This document shows positions 60,378-64,000 of a stretch of DNA of 64,000 nucleotides, one piece after another. The notes beneath the pieces are model-generated. The model was given only the letters and a program-made list of their open reading frames with translations, was not told the DNA's origin and ran no database searches. Made by a program: the position numbers and the translations under genes. Source of the stretch: Candidatus Zambryskiibacteriota bacterium (GTDB lineage Bacteria; Patescibacteriota; Minisyncoccia; Phycocordibacterales; WO2-35-19); assembly GCA_003233455.1 (NCBI GenBank), contig QILQ01000043.1, forward strand, positions 442-64,441. Direction: 5' to 3'. Each line of letters begins with the position of its first letter. The first letter of the stretch is position 1.

Positions 60378-61817
60378 ATGGATATTTCAAAACTTACAAT
60401 CAAAGAAGCCAGAAAGTTACTTGATACTAAAAAAATTTCTGTAAAAGAACTTGTTGAAGAATATCTAAAAAATATTGAAGATAAAAATAAAGAATTAAAT
60501 GTATTTCTGGAAGTTTATGATGATGTTTTAAAACAAGCGGAAGAAGCTCAAAAAATTATAGATGAAGGTGGAGCTTTAGAGTTGACAGGTATTCCTCTGG
60601 CTGTGAAAGATAATATTTTAATAAAAGGCAGAAAAGCGAGCGCCGCTTCAAAAATGCTTCAAAATTATCAAGCTACTTATACTGCTACCGCTGTTCAAAA
60701 ATTGATTGACCAAAAAGCGGTATTTATGGGCAGGACAAATATGGATGAATTTGCTATGGGTAGCTCAACCGAAAATTCTAGTTTTGGGGTAACTAAAAAT
60801 CCTTATGATATTTCTCGAGTGGCGGGTGGTTCTTCTGGTGGCTCGGCGACAGCAGTAGCCTCAAATATGGCTTTGGGGGCTCTGGGTTCTGATACTGGAG
60901 GTTCAATTAGAGAGCCAGCCAGTTTTTGTGGAGTGGTTGGATTGAAACCAACATATGGTAGCGTTTCTCGTTATGGTCTGATGGCGATGGGTTCTTCTTT
61001 GGATGTTATCGGTCCTATCAGTAAGACAGTAACTGATAATGAAATAATTTTTAACGCTATTAAAGGCAGAGATAAAATGGACAGCACTTCTATACCTCAC
61101 TCGGACTTCGTCTCGACCTCTCCTAATTTAGGAGAGGTAAAAAAAATCAAGATTGGAGTTCCTTATCATATTTTGAATCAGGAAGGAATATCAAATGAAG
61201 TTAAGAAAAATTTTGATACTTCTGTTGAAAGAATGAAAAAATTAGGGTTTGAAATCAAAGATATTAAATTGCCGAATATGGATAAATCTTTGGCTGTTTA
61301 TTATATAATTATGCCAGCCGAAGTTTCTTCCAATATGGCAAGGTATGATGGTATTAAATATGGTTTATCTTTGGAGGCCGAAAATTTATTGGATGTCTAT
61401 AAGAAAACTAGAGGTGAAGGTTTTGGTAGAGAGGTCAGGAGAAGGATTATTTTAGGTGCTTATATTCTTTCTTCCGGTTATTATGACGCCTATTACAGCA
61501 AAGCGATGATGGTTAGAAAAATAATACAAGATGAATTTAAAGAAGCTTTTAAAGGAGTGGATGTAATATTTACCCCAACTACTCCCTCTCCCGCTTGGAA
61601 AATAGGCGAAAAAACAAGTCCTTTAGAAAACTATTTGGCTGATATTTTTACGGTAACTGCGAATATTGCGGGAATTCCGGCTATCTCTTTACCATCCGGA
61701 TATGTTAAAATTAGTGATAATGAATCGGAACTGCCTCTCGGCGTTCAACTTATGTCCTCGCATAAAAATGAAGATGTGTTATTTAAAATTGGCAAAAAGT
61801 TTTTAAATGAAAATTGA
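60378..61817 (+). CDS. gatA: Asp/Glu-tRNA amidotransferase subunit A (amidase)
   Basis: Amidase signature GGSSGGSA, Ser-cisSer-Lys triad region. Confidence 0.9.
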   Translation: MDISKLTIKEARKLLDTKKISVKELVEEYLKNIEDKNKELNVFLEVYDDVLKQAEEAQKIIDEGGALELTGIPLAVKDNILIKGRKASAASKMLQNYQATYTATAVQKLIDQKAVFMGRTNMDEFAMGSSTENSSFGVTKNPYDISRVAGGSSGGSATAVASNMALGALGSDTGGSIREPASFCGVVGLKPTYGSVSRYGLMAMGSSLDVIGPISKTVTDNEIIFNAIKGRDKMDSTSIPHSDFVSTSPNLGEVKKIKIGVPYHILNQEGISNEVKKNFDTSVERMKKLGFEIKDIKLPNMDKSLAVYYIIMPAEVSSNMARYDGIKYGLSLEAENLLDVYKKTRGEGFGREVRRRIILGAYILSSGYYDAYYSKAMMVRKIIQDEFKEAFKGVDVIFTPTTPSPAWKIGEKTSPLENYLADIFTVTANIAGIPAISLPSGYVKISDNESELPLGVQLMSSHKNEDVLFKIGKKFLNEN

Positions 61818-61842
61818 TAATTATAAATTGAAAATTTAGTTT

Positions 61843-62505
61843 ATGGCAGAAGATAAAAAAGAAAAACCGGCGGGTTGGAATTTTGATATCGTAGAAAGTA
61901 TAGTAGTTCTGCTTTTTTTGTTGAGTATTATTGGTTCTATTTTTCCTCTTATCAATTATTTCACTTCCGGAGAACTTTCTTTTTACGGTTTTAAATTTGT
62001 CGGCATTTTTAACTTTTTTAAGTCAAATGTTCAATTTTTCAAAATTATGGGTTTTGTTATAGCGGCCGGAGCGGCTGTTGGCACTTTTGTGTTTAATAAA
62101 AAAGCTGACCATATTTTATTAGCCGAAAAAACAAAACTTTATCCAGCGGAGATGCCTATAACCGCGGAAGAAACTCCGATTGAAAATTATCATCTAGGGA
62201 AATGGCAAAAAATTGTTAAACTTTCTCAATCTGAAAATACTTCCGATTGGCGTCTGGCTGTTATAGAAGCGGATATTATGCTTGATGAACTTTTGGAAAA
62301 ACTTAAATTACCGGGTGATACAATGGGAGAGAAATTAAAAGCGGTGGAAAAAAGCGATTTTCTAACCATAGAATCTGCTTGGGAAGCTCATAAAATTCGC
62401 AATATGATAGCTCATCAAGGGAATGATTTTCTGATCAGTCAACGAGAAATTCGCCGTATTATTTCTCTATACGAAGCGGTTTTTAAAGAATTCCGTTTAA
62501 TATAA
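61843..62505 (+). CDS. Membrane-anchored protein with C-terminal HEPN-like (DUF4145-type) domain
   Basis: Two N-terminal TM helices; C-terminal AVIEADIMLDELLEKL...HKIRNMIAHQG (R-x4-H HEPN motif). Confidence 0.45.
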   Translation: MAEDKKEKPAGWNFDIVESIVVLLFLLSIIGSIFPLINYFTSGELSFYGFKFVGIFNFFKSNVQFFKIMGFVIAAGAAVGTFVFNKKADHILLAEKTKLYPAEMPITAEETPIENYHLGKWQKIVKLSQSENTSDWRLAVIEADIMLDELLEKLKLPGDTMGEKLKAVEKSDFLTIESAWEAHKIRNMIAHQGNDFLISQREIRRIISLYEAVFKEFRLI

Positions 62506-62532
62506 ACAAATTATACCACATTTTTTAAAAGG

Positions 62533-62565
62533 AAGAGGGGAACCCTCTTCCTAAAAATTTTTGTG
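62533..62565 (+). terminator. Hairpin GGAAGAGGGGAACCCTCTTCC + T-run
   Basis: Perfect 9-bp stem followed by T-rich tract. Confidence 0.5.
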
Positions 62566-62715
62566 TCATAATTTTATTCATGTTGCGGAGTTTGGATTTG
62601 CACCAAAATTTCAAGGTTATGAGCCTCGCGAGTTACTATTACTCTACCCCGCAATGCTTATACTGTATATCTTTTTTTGTTTTTATGCAATAAATATGAT
62701 AAAGTTTTGGTTATT

Positions 62716-62789
62716 GTCGGGGTAGCTCAGTTGGTTAGAGCGCAGCACTCATAAAGCTGAGGTCGTGGGTTCAATTCCCACCCTCGACA
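62716..62789 (+). tRNA. tRNA with CAT anticodon (elongator Met or Ile2/lysidine type; G1-C72 argues against initiator)
   Basis: Cloverleaf: acceptor GTCGGGG/CCTCGAC, anticodon loop CT-CAT-AA, T-arm GTGGGTTCAATTCCCAC. Confidence 0.75.
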
Positions 62790-62834
62790 CTATATAAAAT
62801 TCTTTATCAGCTGGCGTTATTATAAAAAAGTTTC

Positions 62835-63041
62835 TTAAACTCCTAAAGTTTGGAAGGCACCTGTGTAATTGCTAATAAAAGAAGGAATTACAAACATAAG
62901 ACCTATCAAAGGAAGAACAAATAAAGCCAAACTTATAACCATAGTCCAAAAAAAGTATCTTCTGGTTTTTTCTACGGATACATAAATCTTGTCTATTTTT
63001 TCTTTTAATTCAGTAATTTGTTTTTGGGTATCATTTTCCAT
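62835..63041 (-). CDS. Hypothetical small membrane protein
   Basis: 68 aa, one TM. Confidence 0.3.
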   Translation of the reverse strand: MENDTQKQITELKEKIDKIYVSVEKTRRYFFWTMVISLALFVLPLIGLMFVIPSFISNYTGAFQTLGV

Positions 63042-63112
63042 AATCTAATTTTAACATAATTATTAATTTTAGTGGAAATTTTTCATAAAATCTGTTAAAT
63101 TTCTTCTGTATG

Positions 63113-63185
63113 CGATCGTAGCTCAACTGGTTAGAGCACCCGCCTGTCACGCGGGAGGTTGTGGGTTCAAGTCCCGTCGGTCGCG
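63113..63185 (+). tRNA. tRNA-Asp (GTC)
   Basis: Acceptor GCGATCG/CGGTCGC, anticodon loop CT-GTC-AC, T-arm GTGGGTTCAAGTCCCGT. Confidence 0.85.
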
Positions 63186-63329
63186 CAATATTTCGATAGG
63201 GTCACATAAAATCGGTAAGAATGCTTTGCATATTGTATGAAATAAAGTAATATAAAAAATATCCAAATATTAAAATACATTTTAATATATACTTTGATAT
63301 TTATATAGTATTTTAGTGTACAAAGATAT

Positions 63330-63635
63330 TTGACAATACCTACCATATGTATATACTTGTGGTATATGAAAATACAAGTCAATTTAAAAATAGATAATAG
63401 TGTTAAAAAACAAGCTCAAAAAAGAGCTAAAAACATAGGTCTCTCTCTTAGCTCTATTGTTAATGCTACTTTAAAACAGTTTGCTAAAACTGGAGAACTT
63501 GAATTATCTTCTGCTCCTAAAATGACTCCTTATCTTGAAAAATTAGTTTTTGAAGCTAGAAAAGAATATTTAAAAGGTAAGACTTATGGTCCGTTTGATA
63601 ATGTTAAGGATTTAATGAAGCATTTAAATTCTTGA
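63330..63635 (+). CDS. RelB/DinJ-family antitoxin
   Basis: KIQVNLKIDNSVKKQAQKRAKNIGLSLSSIVNATLKQF matches DinJ; paralog of 19254 and 34590. Confidence 0.55.
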   Translation: MTIPTICIYLWYMKIQVNLKIDNSVKKQAQKRAKNIGLSLSSIVNATLKQFAKTGELELSSAPKMTPYLEKLVFEARKEYLKGKTYGPFDNVKDLMKHLNS

Positions 63636-63639
63636 TTAT

Positions 63640-63900
63640 ATGAGGATTATTACTACCACAAAGTTTGATAAACAATTTAGAAAACAACCTTTAAAAATTA
63701 AAATAGAATTTGAAAATAGAGTTGAGATATTCATAGAAAATGTAAACGCTCCAATTCTTAACACTCATAAATTGTCTGGAAAATTGAAAGATTTATGGAG
63801 TTTCAATATAAGTGGAAATATTAGAGTTGTTTTTGATAAAAACCAAGAAAGTATAATTATATTTATTGCCATTGGTTCTCATTCGCAACTCTATAATTAG
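63640..63900 (+). CDS. YafQ/RelE-family toxin
   Basis: C-terminal IFIAIGSHSQLY. Confidence 0.6.
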   Translation: MRIITTTKFDKQFRKQPLKIKIEFENRVEIFIENVNAPILNTHKLSGKLKDLWSFNISGNIRVVFDKNQESIIIFIAIGSHSQLYN

Positions 63901-63977
63901 TCACTTAAAAAAATACGTATTAAAATACGTATTTAATTATTTAACTAAAATGTGTTAATATATTTAATATGATAGAA

Positions 63978-64000
63978 GCTAAATTCACCCCTCAATTAGG
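63978..64000. repeat. Inverted copy of CCTAATTG(A/G)GGGGTGAATTTAGC motif at window edge
   Basis: Reverse complement matches 34427-34449 with 1 mismatch. Confidence 0.5.

Noticed and set aside
62578-62630. Possible short repeat shared with 50642-50680 (TGTTGCGGAGT...TGCAAC)
   Set aside because: Similarity is patchy (about 60-70%) and could be chance in AT-rich intergenic DNA.

Overview
Low-GC (about 33%) bacterial window whose gene content points to a reduced-genome Patescibacteria/CPR-like organism; this is inference from the genes seen, with no 16S in the window.

Core content, in map order:
- map (5' truncated at the window edge), ndk, an MBL/beta-CASP RNase, rny, clpP-tig, nusA, a cytochrome b and a FAD-linked oxidase.
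- tuf-rpsJ-rplC-rplD-rplW-rplB, followed unusually by rplS.
- tRNA-Leu, tRNA-His, a sensor kinase/receiver pair, secE-nusG-rplK.
- A dcd / thyA-like / tmk / purN-like nucleotide module, then argS.
- rpsS-rplV-rpsC-rplP-rpmC-rpsQ-rplN-rplX-rplE, comFC.
- A large type IV pilus locus (pilM, N/O-like, pilB, pilT, pilC, three major-pilin paralogs, pilD, four minor pilins).
- ligA, gatC-gatA, tRNA-Met(CAU), tRNA-Asp.

Accessory layer:
- About eight type II/IV toxin-antitoxin cassettes (RelE/ParE, AbiEii, DinJ-YafQ x3, HicBA x2, Phd-RelE), several with degraded toxins.
- Three are wedged into translation operons, and three cargo insertions are flanked by long (31-115 bp) direct duplications of the local promoter or terminator sequence.
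- A 1054-aa single-chain fused nuclease-methylase-specificity enzyme (Type IIB/IIG-like RM) sits between two pilin paralogs; one of those pilins is inactivated by an 8-bp tandem duplication.
- A family of GGGTGAGG / CCCCTCTCCT...AGGAGAGGGG palindromic repeats is scattered through intergenic regions, and one copy lies in-frame inside the RNase gene.
- A near-identical ~115-bp element occurs twice inside the ribosomal protein operon.

Other points:
- pilT and nusG each carry an apparent frameshift.
- A membrane-anchored HEPN-like (DUF4145-type) protein and an extended ThyA-like/PurN-like nucleotide module are candidate novel functions.
- No CRISPR array, integrase or transposase was seen.
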